Shown: positions 25,941 through 55,044 of the stretch, one piece after another
Numbering within the stretch: position 1 is the first letter of the stretch
Layout of the letters: each line of letters begins with the position of its first letter
Origin: Tubiluchus corallicola
Taxonomy: Eukaryota > Animalia > Priapulida
DNA length: 64,000 bases
NCBI GenBank assembly: GCA_030141605.1
Contig: JAQGDQ010000331.1
Coordinates: 186,001-250,000, forward strand
Reading direction: 5' to 3'
Notes under the pieces: model-generated
The model's input: only the letters and a program-made list of their open reading frames with translations
The model's database searches: none
What the model was told of the DNA's origin: nothing
Program-made: the position numbers and the translations under genes

Positions 25941-27232
25941 GAGATAATTAAAATTATATTCTAAGACAATACACAATTATATGCAAACAGTCACATTTAT
26001 TACTTATTTATTTATATGTTTGTCTATAATTATATACCTGATTAAATCCCAAGAATAGTCCATCCATATACTTTCCGAAACCAGTTAAATCACAGACACA
26101 ATCGTGATAACGTAGAATTAAACTGAAAATTTGATTACAACTAAAATGCGGGGAAAAAACGCTGAATTTATCTGTCAATCATCATGGTCGTTCCACCTAA
26201 GATTCAAAAAAGCAAAGCCACTTCGAGGTTTCTGCAAAAAGAGTTGCCAAAAACTGATAACACATTTAAACATTTAACAGCATTTACCAATTTTTACTGT
26301 ATTTTACAAACCGCAAAAACAATGCGTTCTTCTCTGACGCAGCAGACTATAATTGTTACAACCCACAATGCTTTGTGCAAAATTAGGACATTTTCTTAAA
26401 AACCAAACGATTTCAATTCAAACTTACAGGCGTTTACGGTTTTACTAAAAAATAGTTATTTTTAATATAAAGTAATAAAAAGAATATTAAAATGTAGGTA
26501 AAAAACAAATTCACCAAATCAGTCAAATCACGCTAATAAACGACTCTGCGGGATAACACGAGATCCATCATGTCCACTACCATGATTCAGTTGTAAATTT
26601 GTAACTAATACAGCATTAAAAGGTAAATTATTTGTAAAGTTATGTATGTGTAAAAGTACATTTATGTTTGTGTGGAGACGATAAGCCCAAAAGTAATTCA
26701 GATGCAAATGGCTAATTAGGTTTTGATTTGTTTAGGTGAATCTAAATTTAAAGGCACAATGAGAGAAGTACTGCCTACTGGTAGTGTAGTACTACTAGTA
26801 GTAAAATAATATTTTTTGTCAAAATGTTACACAAGATTACATTAGACGATGGCTGTTTTCCGACAGATAAAAAATAAAACGAAATAAAAAATTCTGCATT
26901 GCACACAATGTACGAGCGAAGTAGGAAAGCTTGAATTGTGTTTAATAATATTGTCGTGTTTAAATCAGTGGACTAGCTTCTTCGATGATCCTACTTTGCC
27001 TGGTATCGATCTACTTTATCTTGACTTCAAAAAGGCATTTGATTCTGTCCCCCGTCTCTTACTTAAAATGGAATATTCTAGTATAAGAGGTAAGCTTGTT
27101 AAGTGGTTCAGTTACTTTCTTACCCACCCGTTTCCAACGTGTTGTACTTCCACTGAGTGGTGCCCCGTTGTATCCCCCAAGGAACCTTGAGGTGGCCCAT
27201 ACTGCTTTCTTATTTCTATTAGTGATATCTCT

Positions 27233-28847
27233 ATAATCCATCATCCACCTCTATAAGCGGAAAGGAAACAGACAGCAGTGCGACAATCACAGGGGCATCT
27301 CACTCCTATCGATTGCTGGCAAAATCCTGGCAAGAATTCTTCTAGATCGTCTCAACACACACCTAGAGAAAGATCTTCTACCTGAAAGTCAGTGTGGATT
27401 TAGACAGGGACGCAGCACAGTTGATATGATCTTTGCAGTGCGGCAGCTGCAAGAAAAATCCAGAGAACAACATGTCAACCTACTGACAACCTTCGTTGAC
27501 CTCACTAAGGCCTTCGACACCGTGTCTCGCGAAGGACTCTGGAAAATCATGGCTAAATTTGGATGCCCTGACAAGTTTATAAAGCTGATCAGAGAATTCC
27601 ATGATGGTATGCAAGCGACAGTTCAGGACAACGGGAAATATTCAGACCCATTCGCAGTCTCCAACGGCGTAAAACAGGGCTGTGTGCTGGCACCGACTCT
27701 CTTCAGCATGATGTTCTCCGCAATGCTCACCGATGCATACAGAGACAGGAATGTCGGTATTGACATCCGTTACAGGACAGATGGAAAACTTTTCAATCTT
27801 CGCAGACTGCAGGCCAAGACCAAAGTCAAAGAAGACACCATCCGTGACCTCTTATTTGCAGACGACTGCGCTCTCAATGCCACCTCAGAGCAAGACATGC
27901 AGGAAAGTGTTAACCTCTTTGCACAGGCATGCGATGATTTTGGCCTCACTATTAACACAAAAAAGACAGAGGTCCTACTTCAGCCTGCCCCTGACAGCAC
28001 ATATGTAGAACCAACCATCACTATCAAAAATGAGAAACTGACGGCAGCCAACAAGTTCGTTTACTTGGGTAGCACCCTATCAAGATCAGCTACCATTGAT
28101 GATGAAGCAGCCTTCAGAATATCAAGAGCCAGTGCAGCCTTTGGAAACCTAAGAACAACATGCTGGGAAAGACGAGGCATCAAGCTGTCAACTAAACTCA
28201 AGGTCTACCATGCTGTAGTCATTCCATCTCTGCTGTATGCCTGCGAGTCGTGGACAGTCTATAGTCGCCATGCCAGACAACTAAACTCCTTCCACCTGCG
28301 TTGTCTAAGACGACTCCTCAAGATCAGCTGGCAGGACTACATACCAGACACTGAAGTCCTCGAGAGAGCACAATCCATCAGTGTTCATGCAATGCTTAAG
28401 GCAGCACAACTGAAATGGGCTGGTCATGTTCGACGTATGGAAGATCACAGACTGCCAAAGAGACTCATGTACTGCGAGCTGAAAGAAGGGCAACGGTCAG
28501 TTGGAGGGCAACGGAAAAGATACAAAGACACCCTCAAAGCCAGCCTGAAAGAATGCAACATCAATGTCGACTCCTGGGAAGATGTGGCACAGGAGAGATC
28601 ACGTTGGCGGTCCCTCATCAAATCGGGAGTGAGCAACTATGAGTCCAGACGCATCCAAGTTAGGCAGGAGAAAAGACAGCTTCGAAAAGACAGACAACGC
28701 AATGCCTATCAAGATACACCATTCTCATGTCCTCACTGCAGGAGGAGGTTCTCAGCAAAAATCAGGCTTATAAGCCACCTCCGTACCCATCCTATGGTGT
28801 CAGAATGAAGTCATGGTCCTCTTCGACTATGAAGGACGAACTACTAC
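27233..28847 (+). mobile_element. 5'-truncated RTE-clade (BovB-like) LINE, recent insertion
   Basis: TSD tagtgatatctct at 27220-27232 and 28848-28860. Short 3'UTR with a gtcctcttc...gaaggac stem-loop and a (cta)n tail. Uninterrupted RT ORF, and GC much higher than the host. Confidence 0.95.
27237..28808 (+). CDS. RTE LINE reverse transcriptase with C-terminal C2H2 zinc finger (endonuclease lost by 5' truncation)
   Basis: Open frame of 523 codons from SIIHLYKRKGNR..NHRGISLLS..ESQCGFR through FVDLTKAFDTV, GVKQGCVLAPTLF, LLFADD, FVYLGS, WAGHVRRM and CPHCRRRFSAKIRLISHLRTH*. Confidence 0.92.
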   Translation, partial: SIIHLYKRKGNRQQCDNHRGISLLSIAGKILARILLDRLNTHLEKDLLPESQCGFRQGRSTVDMIFAVRQLQEKSREQHVNLLTTFVDLTKAFDTVSREGLWKIMAKFGCPDKFIKLIREFHDGMQATVQDNGKYSDPFAVSNGVKQGCVLAPTLFSMMFSAMLTDAYRDRNVGIDIRYRTDGKLFNLRRLQAKTKVKEDTIRDLLFADDCALNATSEQDMQESVNLFAQACDDFGLTINTKKTEVLLQPAPDSTYVEPTITIKNEKLTAANKFVYLGSTLSRSATIDDEAAFRISRASAAFGNLRTTCWERRGIKLSTKLKVYHAVVIPSLLYACESWTVYSRHARQLNSFHLRCLRRLLKISWQDYIPDTEVLERAQSISVHAMLKAAQLKWAGHVRRMEDHRLPKRLMYCELKEGQRSVGGQRKRYKDTLKASLKECNINVDSWEDVAQERSRWRSLIKSGVSNYESRRIQVRQEKRQLRKDRQRNAYQDTPFSCPHCRRRFSAKIRLISHLRTHPMVSE

Positions 28848-30659
28848 TAGTGATATCTCTGACTGTATTTCCCCGGGGTATAGCATCCCGTTATTTCTTG
28901 ATGATTTAAGGACCCTTCATCCAATTTGTGTCGATCTTGATCGTTATATTTTACAACATGATTTGTTGACTAGTGCAGTAATGGTTGATGGCCCTGAATG
29001 GGTTATCAGTAAATGTACTTTACTTAGAATACGCCCTAAATCTGTTGCACCTTACTTTCTAAATAATGCTAGAATAGCTGAAAAAAGTTTTATTAAAAGC
29101 TGCCTTAGGAGTAATGATTTCTAATGACCTCAAATGGAATTTCCATGTGAATCATATCACTGCAATAGCAAACTGTCGTATTGGCATGGCTAAGCGCCAG
29201 GTGATATCGACAAATGCAGCAGCAATTATTCCTCTCTATAAAGCTGTTGTTGAACCCATTCTGGAACACGCGTCAATTTTTTGGTCACCCCAGTATACTA
29301 CTCTCAAGAATGCTCTCGAAAGAATTCAGGATAGATGTACTTGTCTTGCTATTAATTTGGATCCCACTTAGATTTCTACTTGTGAGCAAAGGTGCGAGAC
29401 TGTAGACCTTGTGAACTGTTTCAAAATAATTAGTGGAAACGCTGTTCTGACAGAAACAGACTTTTTTCCGAACCATGAGTTCTTCATGGTCATGTGCCTG
29501 ACAGTAAAAATACTTTTTTTCCTATCTAATCTCCTGGGTAATGTTTTTTCATCATTACCGGGAATTTTATCATTTTTTCTGTACGTTCATATACTTACTT
29601 GATGCCGTCATATAAAAGCGTATTTTTTTAGTTTGAAACATATTGTATTATAGCATTATTCTTTCGGGAAACACAGGACGCAGGCCATGTTTTTCCATGG
29701 CTAGCTCTCGACCAGGGTTGCCATTTTGTATGATGCTGATTGTATTGGAGGCTACAAGGCATTGAACGTTCTTAATGGTCGCGTAGTGTTGCTGTTTATA
29801 CCATAATTATCAGAACATACATGTTCATGATACAAACAAGAGACTACACAATAATCAATAATTATATGATAATTTAGTAATGCAAAACTAAAAAACAAAG
29901 CGTGAAAACTTGTGCATTGAAAAAAAATTAAAATTTTACTGCTAACCAGTGGGAAATAAACAAACATTGATTTCACCTGATTTTAAATATTCCACGATTC
30001 AGTTTTAAACATTCACAAAACTTTAAAAAAAATTTCCTCCTTCCCTACTGACATCTTCTGAGCTTTTTTTGTGGCTGGCGGGAGTATAAGTTATTTGTGC
30101 AACTGCCTAAAACCAACATCAGATCGTCCATCTGGGCATCGCATAGTTCAGCCACATAATCATCTTTCACCATCAGCCATCAGTGCTTCATCAGTTGGCT
30201 GTTTCAAAAGGCATTTGAGAGACGACTGTTTACAGATAGTTTCCATTTAGGTCCTTATTACAGTGTGATAATCAATGTTTTCCCAAACATGCCACGCATT
30301 TTCATAATTGTCCTACCATGATTGCAGCAAAACTGGTGATGTGTTTAGTACTTTTTAGAGGAATGACACTCGTTTTTTTTTCAGGTAGGTCCTCTTGCTG
30401 AACAAAATGATTTATTTCACTATAATCTGCCGAAGTTTTTGCACATTTTGGTACAAAAATCAACTTCTTGTGATACATGGTTCCGGTAGGGGTGTGTTGA
30501 AGGTGCATTTTGAGCAACCGAACCAAGCCAATTCTTTATGCTTTCCTGCCACTGAACTAAATCTTAACTGAATGATTGACCATACTGCCGAACCGAATAA
30601 CAAACAAAATGTCAAGTTAAAGGGATTCTAAACTGTAATACAACTTGAGATTAACTTAC

Positions 30660-31023
30660 GTGTTATCAAAAGTTTACAGCATATTGTGACATTGCGCTAC
30701 GACAGAAGCTATAATACATTGTATTGTTTTTTGCTAAAAAAATAAGAAGTTAACCGAGTGGCCATGTTTGCGCACAAATTACGTGATCTCGTCCTCACAT
30801 CCGCGCGTGCTGTATAGGAGTGTTTGTAAACAGCTGATCATAAACACACGCTTTGAGTCATTCGTACACAACAATTTGATCAAATTCTTTGCATTTTCTG
30901 TTTGGCTTACAGCACTAAATTATCCGTTGTTTGTAATTTATAATATAGTCTCGGCCTCGAAATAGTTACGAGTTCGATTCAGTAGTTAACTATGTGTATA
31001 CTGTAGGCCTGTAGAACTATCGT
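30660..31023. promoter_or_regulatory. Candidate bidirectional promoter / non-coding first exons (CUL2 on +, unknown transcript on -)
   Basis: A locally CpG-richer patch bounded by outward-facing donors: GTAAGC on + at 31024 and GTAAGT on - at 30659. The CUL2 ATG exon is preceded by a strong acceptor (T-tract AG at 36391 and 36400), so an upstream UTR exon is required. Confidence 0.4.
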
Positions 31024-31995
31024 GTAAGCGCAAGGCTAGTTAACGTTTACACTCCGTTTCTGTAGTTTTTTTTTGTAAACAGAGCGTGTATTACATTTAC
31101 TGTTATTGCAACTTGCAATTTACTTTGCTAGTGTAGGAAAGGCACCTCATTATCATAGGAGTCTGCAATGCTACCTGTCACACAATCAGGTCCATCTAAA
31201 TTGTCCAAGCTACATGAACTGTCTTAGACACAGAAATATATCTGTTGGCAGTCTGCCATCCTCCAAGCTTCAAATTTCTAGCAACTAGACATTAACTTAT
31301 AACATACTATATCATAATATCAAGTTTAGAGTTCTCTGAATGAAAAATGTATCAATACTTAAACCAGCTGATAAAAGCAGCTGCATGCACGATCAAACTC
31401 CAAAGTTTGGATGAATTTTCACTTAATTAATTGACTGATCATTTATTAGCAGCCTGGTACGTTTGCTTAGTAACTTATAGTTCATGTAAAAACAACACAG
31501 ACATTGTGACAGGGGAGGCAGAGGGGCAATTTCCATCTTTGCATTTCTGTAAGGGTGCCAAATTAGGAAGAAATAAAGAAGGGACAAAAAAAAGAAAAAC
31601 CATACTTAAAATGCGAATTATTTTTAGCTATTTGCACTGTCTTTACTTGTGATTCTGTAACGTAGATTCTATGGTTTGTTTCATTTTAAGCCACCTCTAA
31701 AATACCTTAAGTGCAGGAAAAATCACAACCAGGCACCCTAAGTGGAAGTTTGGGGAAGGGAGGTAAGGTGCGCGAAGCTGAAAAATTGTTGATGAAATTG
31801 CTTTAACAAGACATGGAAAATGTTCTGAACTTACGTTGTTTTACACTTTAACCAAACCGAATCCGAATTTTCGCTAAAACTAGCCTAATTTTCTTGTAAT
31901 TCCAATCGAAAAGAATTACAAACTCTGTAAGGTTTTATCGTTTTAAGTTAATGGTGATTGGTGAGCTATGTAAAATTCTTCTGATTACTAAATCT

Positions 31996-32920
31996 GCAGA
32001 AGCAAATCCAGAAGGGAGTCCAGACCCCTCCCTTTTGACGAAGAAAAATTAAGTATAAAGTCCAATTTGCAGTGCAAAGATACTGCAACCCTAGATTACA
32101 GCTTTGCAAAATGAGAAGCCTGCATACTCGATCGACCACTGCATTGTCTGGTTGTCTGCTAAAACACATCTATCTAGACGTTTGTTGCACTGAGTTTCAT
32201 TACAGCCAGTGATTGACTGTTAGAAATTAAATAATCAACAGTTATAGATCTATAATAACTTAAGTTATTCCAGGCATGTGCTAAATTTACATTACAGGTC
32301 CATGTGTGTTTGCAGTTAAAGGTATTAATGAATTGGTGCCTAGTACCAGTAATTACAATAATTATATTTAATCTTCATCTTTTTAGTCTTCATTGCAGAA
32401 ACCTTATTTGAAATCATAGGGAAAAAACAAGAATATAACAATGTACAGAAATAATATCTTCATTTAAAAACATTTGCATTTTTTATTCTCTAAATTGTAT
32501 GATAAGCAGTCATTGTACTTTTGATAATCAGCAAGGCACAAAACTTGTGGACTAATAAATTTACCCTGAAATGACATCTGACTAGAAAGCTAATGACAGC
32601 AATAGTGCAGAGACAAGAAGACAATGATAAAGGAATATAGACGGCATATAAAGAATATTTATGTCGTTTATTCTTATTTGTTACACAAGGTAGTAGCAGT
32701 TCATGTTATTATAACAACAAACTAAAACACAAATGTCCAAAAAATGTCATCATTTCAAGTGTGCTTCAGAAGGCTTAACAATGGACAACAGTGCAGAAAA
32801 ATACATTTCCCCCAGACATCCTAACTGAGGGGCCCGGGGCAGGTTCCCCGTGCTCCCATCTGCCTTTCTGCTTGGTCACATTTGGACCCCTCCCTTTCAG
32901 AAGTCTTGGATCTGTGTTTG
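31996..32920. mobile_element. Possible degenerate hAT-type non-autonomous element
   Basis: Ends cagaagcaaatccag..gtccagacccctccc and ggacccctccc..ttggatctgtgtttg resemble decayed CAGGxGCGGATCC termini. No TSD seen. Confidence 0.3.
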
Positions 32921-33635
32921 AATTTAATGGTTAATGTTAGTTAGTAAAGTGCTGCATATTTTAAAAGCAGTCCTTATTCATTCAAATACTGTTAAAGCTA
33001 TTTTGTATAATCAATCATGACAGTATTTAAGCAAAACTGCTACACTATAATTGTTTACTTGCTCGAGTTTTCATATATTTATTTCGTTGAGTGTAAGCAA
33101 ATATAACGCTACTGCGCTATTGTGTATTAAGCTGGCTTGTGTACCAGTGGTGCATCTCATTCCTCGAGTTATCATACAGAAATAGAAAGCAAGATGTTAG
33201 CTGTTGTGCCATGTTCGCTATTTACTATAAGCTTTCTTTGGATAAAATTTCATAAGTATTATAGGGAAATATTTGGTTTGTTTAATATAATTTTCACCGA
33301 ATGTGACAATTATTAAAAAAGTAACTTCGGTATACCAAAGTTTTACTGAGCACATTTTTATATTTATATTCCGGGAAAAAATTTGGTGATCGAAATATTC
33401 GATGCATCCCTAGGTTCCGTAATGAAGTGCAATTCAACCCGGCACACAGATTGATAGGAAATACACTATACAGTCATAAAAACATAATTGTATCAAGTTA
33501 GTAGCTAATGAGTTTAAGTCTAGGCTTATTAATTTGTAAAGTGTGCTATCTATAATGGAGTATTCTAATGGACTGTACATTACATAATAATAAATGAATT
33601 CAAGTTAATTTAGGTCAGACTGTAATTATATTATT

Positions 33636-35410
33636 ACTAGCCAAACCCCGCAAAAACAATTTTGCGCATAAACTCACAATAACAACCCGCACCACACCAC
33701 GCTACCACCCACTACCCCACTGACAACACACCAACCACGTTACACCAACCTGCCGCACCACTCACAATCATCACACCACACCATACCGCAAGACAACGCC
33801 ATACTACACCGCACCACAGCACCCACACCCTACCACCCCACCACATTATCTACAAAACATCACCCACACCACCTAGACCACACTATACTAGACCCTCCAC
33901 TCACCTACACCACTCCATCAACACTGCACACACCTGCCACACTCACCACACCTACCGCAACACATGGTGATCATGATGTTGATAATGATGATAATGATGA
34001 TGATGATGACGACATCTACAACACTAACACCAACAGCAGAGCATTATAGTAAAACCATGCAAAACATTTTGTATAAAGTCGAAACTGTGTGCTGTAACAA
34101 ATGCCTTAGTCTGTCTACTAATGATCGATAATGCGCGGACATTCTACATAGTTTTGGTTGCTGTTTTTCAGATGTCAGTAGGCTAACAGAACTTACTTAC
34201 ATGTAAAATCTATAAACTGTAGAACGATTGGAACAGCCACATAATAGTGTGCAGCACAAGGGGATAGAAAAAGAACTTTGAAATACACCCACCCGTTTCG
34301 TCCAGTATACATTTCTCCTAGTGAATTCACCATTGAAGACTGTTTCGCCCTCTTTCTGCGAGTGTGTTTATTTTTCCCAACATGCTCAAATAGTGCCCGA
34401 AAAGTGCCCATAGTGGCTATTAGTGGCCCTTCGGCAAAATCTAAATGTGACTATAATACCCATCGCTGAATGGGTTATCTAACCATTACTGGCACTGTCC
34501 CCGGCACGTTCCCTTTCTCTAGAAAAATGAGGTATAAGTTTTGCACATTTTTGCGAAAAACCGTCAAAAAAGGACGTTTTTGGGTTGTTTTTCTCCTCCT
34601 GGTCCTCCCTGTCGAGAAATAAGACCCCGGTTGCGAACCTATGGGTGAAGATCTTTCATATGATGTGCAGATCGCCATTTTGTTTCTTTAATAACTCGCA
34701 CACGCACAGGGCTAGGGTCACGAAACTCACAGGGCACACTCCGCGGGTAGGGGGATTTATGTCAGTACGTAACCCGTCACCACCAGGTCACAGAGTGGGC
34801 AGGGTTTTTGTTTTTTCGTTGGGCTGCATCTCAATTTTTGGTATGCGGCTAGATGGGGCGGAGTTGTTGTGCATGGTTGAATATGAGCCATTTGTGTATT
34901 TGAAAATTTTTTGGTAGGAGGCAAACTCCAAGATCAAGAGGGTCGGTGACACTAATTTCGATGTCGAATAACAGCATTTTGTGATACGTCAAATGAAAGG
35001 TCTGAATGTGACGAATCGGATGGTTTAAGTTTCGCCGATTTCGGTGGATGTTGAACTTCAAGATAGATTACAGGTTAAAGATAAGAAGGTCCAATTTCAG
35101 TGTTGAAACGATCGCAAAACATCGTCGGGAAAAAACATTTATTGGCCATGTTGTGTGAATGTTTAGGGGAGTTTTATAGCTCTTTGGAAAGAGAAAGAGC
35201 TGTTCTACAAGATGATATAAGTTTTTTCTGAAAACACGTAAATGGGCTCGACCGACTAATTCCATGCAAAATTACGAAAATTTCACATCTTAAACTGGGT
35301 CTTCGCGCAACACATCGCACCGCTATTATACCTATTGCAAGCTGCGTGATTACTTGCAAGCTGGGTTGGCGCAATTGAGAGAAGACCCATATTTTGCATC
35401 TAAAAGCTAT
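33636..35410. mobile_element. Composite repeat, possibly Helitron/Helentron(DINE)-like, with internal simple repeats
   Basis: Starts actagccaaaccccgc..ttgcgc, contains a CACCA-rich tract and (GAT)n, an inverted homologue of 14630-14830, and the tcaaatgaaaggtct motif at about 34990. Classification tentative. Confidence 0.4.
33685..34035. repeat. Degenerate (CACCA)n minisatellite followed by (GAT)n microsatellite
   Basis: Strongly C/A-skewed tract at about 33685-33962, then gatgataatgatgatgatgatgacgac. Confidence 0.85.
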
Positions 35411-36415
35411 GAGTTTGAATCCCCATTAAAGCTTTCTGCCATTACATCTTTTATATCTTTTGTCATTTCACACTGTTTGGATATTATGCAAAATGCTTCA
35501 GTCAGTTTTTGCTAGTTGCTACAAAATTACATTAGTTTGTATTTTTGTTACAATTAGTTTGAATGTGCTAATGTTAAAATTCTAGTCAAATTAATTATTC
35601 TGCAACTTTCTGGAACTCACTGATACCTATGATAGGAAATACTTGTGTGGTCATGTTGTGTGCTTGATTGCTAAAGAAAGCAACATAGGACTTAGTTAAC
35701 AATTAGACTGGTGATTGGCCACCTGTCAAGAAATAATAGTTTGGATTTTACTAAAATGAAATGCAACTCCTAAGTAATCATGCATGGTGAATTCAACGGA
35801 AGCAATATTATGCCATTACGAGCCTTGACACCTGTGAAAAACTGACAAGTTCCGATTTCATTGAAGCTTTTAATTGTCAAGCACAACAGTACTTACATAC
35901 ATGATGTTAACTATTTTGAAAAACATTTTTATTTGAAAAACAAAAGCTGTCACATAAAGCATCTCCTATAAGCAAAATCTTACCACAGGGTTTGACACAG
36001 TCAAAAACGTCCACTAGTTAAATTTATATCTAGGATAAAGATTAGATTCTCGTTAGATCTCTACTGTAACTTGTAAGTCACGTAGCTAGTGTACTACTGC
36101 AGACATTAAATTTGTAATGTTATAGTACAGTCAAATATGAAGCGATATGCTAGTAAAAATATTTCTGTCTGTTTTTAAGTAGGCTTGTCTTAATTGATAG
36201 TCGAATTATAATAAGGCACTCATAGTAAAATCAAGTTGTATATTAATGATCTTGAATTATTCTTGACTGGCTTGTATTGTACAAAATGCCTTGCCATTAT
36301 GTTTTACTATTAATTAACAATATTTATTTGTGCATCAAGTAAATTCTTATTGTATTTTGTAACTTGTCACTAATTTTTTTTTTTTTTTTAGTTTTTGCAG
36401 AGCTAGTTGTTTGCA

Positions 36416-54849
<18,434 letters not shown>

Positions 54850-55038
54850 ACGGGTTTTTCCCAACATGCGTGTAAAGTGTTTGCATGCAGTGAATTTAAT
54901 TATTTTAATAACATTATTAGTCGGCATCAAATGCTGTTGAAAATATGACTGCAAAATTGTGAAATGTCAAAAGTATGAAGAGCTGTACGTTGTTATTTTG
55001 ATACTCGGTGACTATTTATTACATTGATGTATGTTACA

Positions 55039-55044
55039 AATAAA
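55039..55044 (+). promoter_or_regulatory. Candidate CUL2 polyadenylation signal
   Basis: AATAAA about 190 nt after the stop codon, preceded by TGTA. Confidence 0.35.

Larger units (their letters stand above)
26960..29480 (+). mobile_element. Old CR1/L2-type LINE RT pseudogene split by the RTE insertion
   Basis: Left part: IDLLYLDFKKAFDSVP..LLLKM..IRGKLVKW and a decayed GVPQG/GPILF. Right part from 28861: DCIS..SIPLFLDDL (decayed LFADD), LKWNFHVNHIT, LYKAVVEPILEHASIFWSP...LERIQ. Frameshifted throughout. Confidence 0.85.

Noticed and set aside
27733-28642. Alternative-frame and antisense ORFs within the RTE element
   Set aside because: Shadow ORFs of a GC-richer coding sequence.
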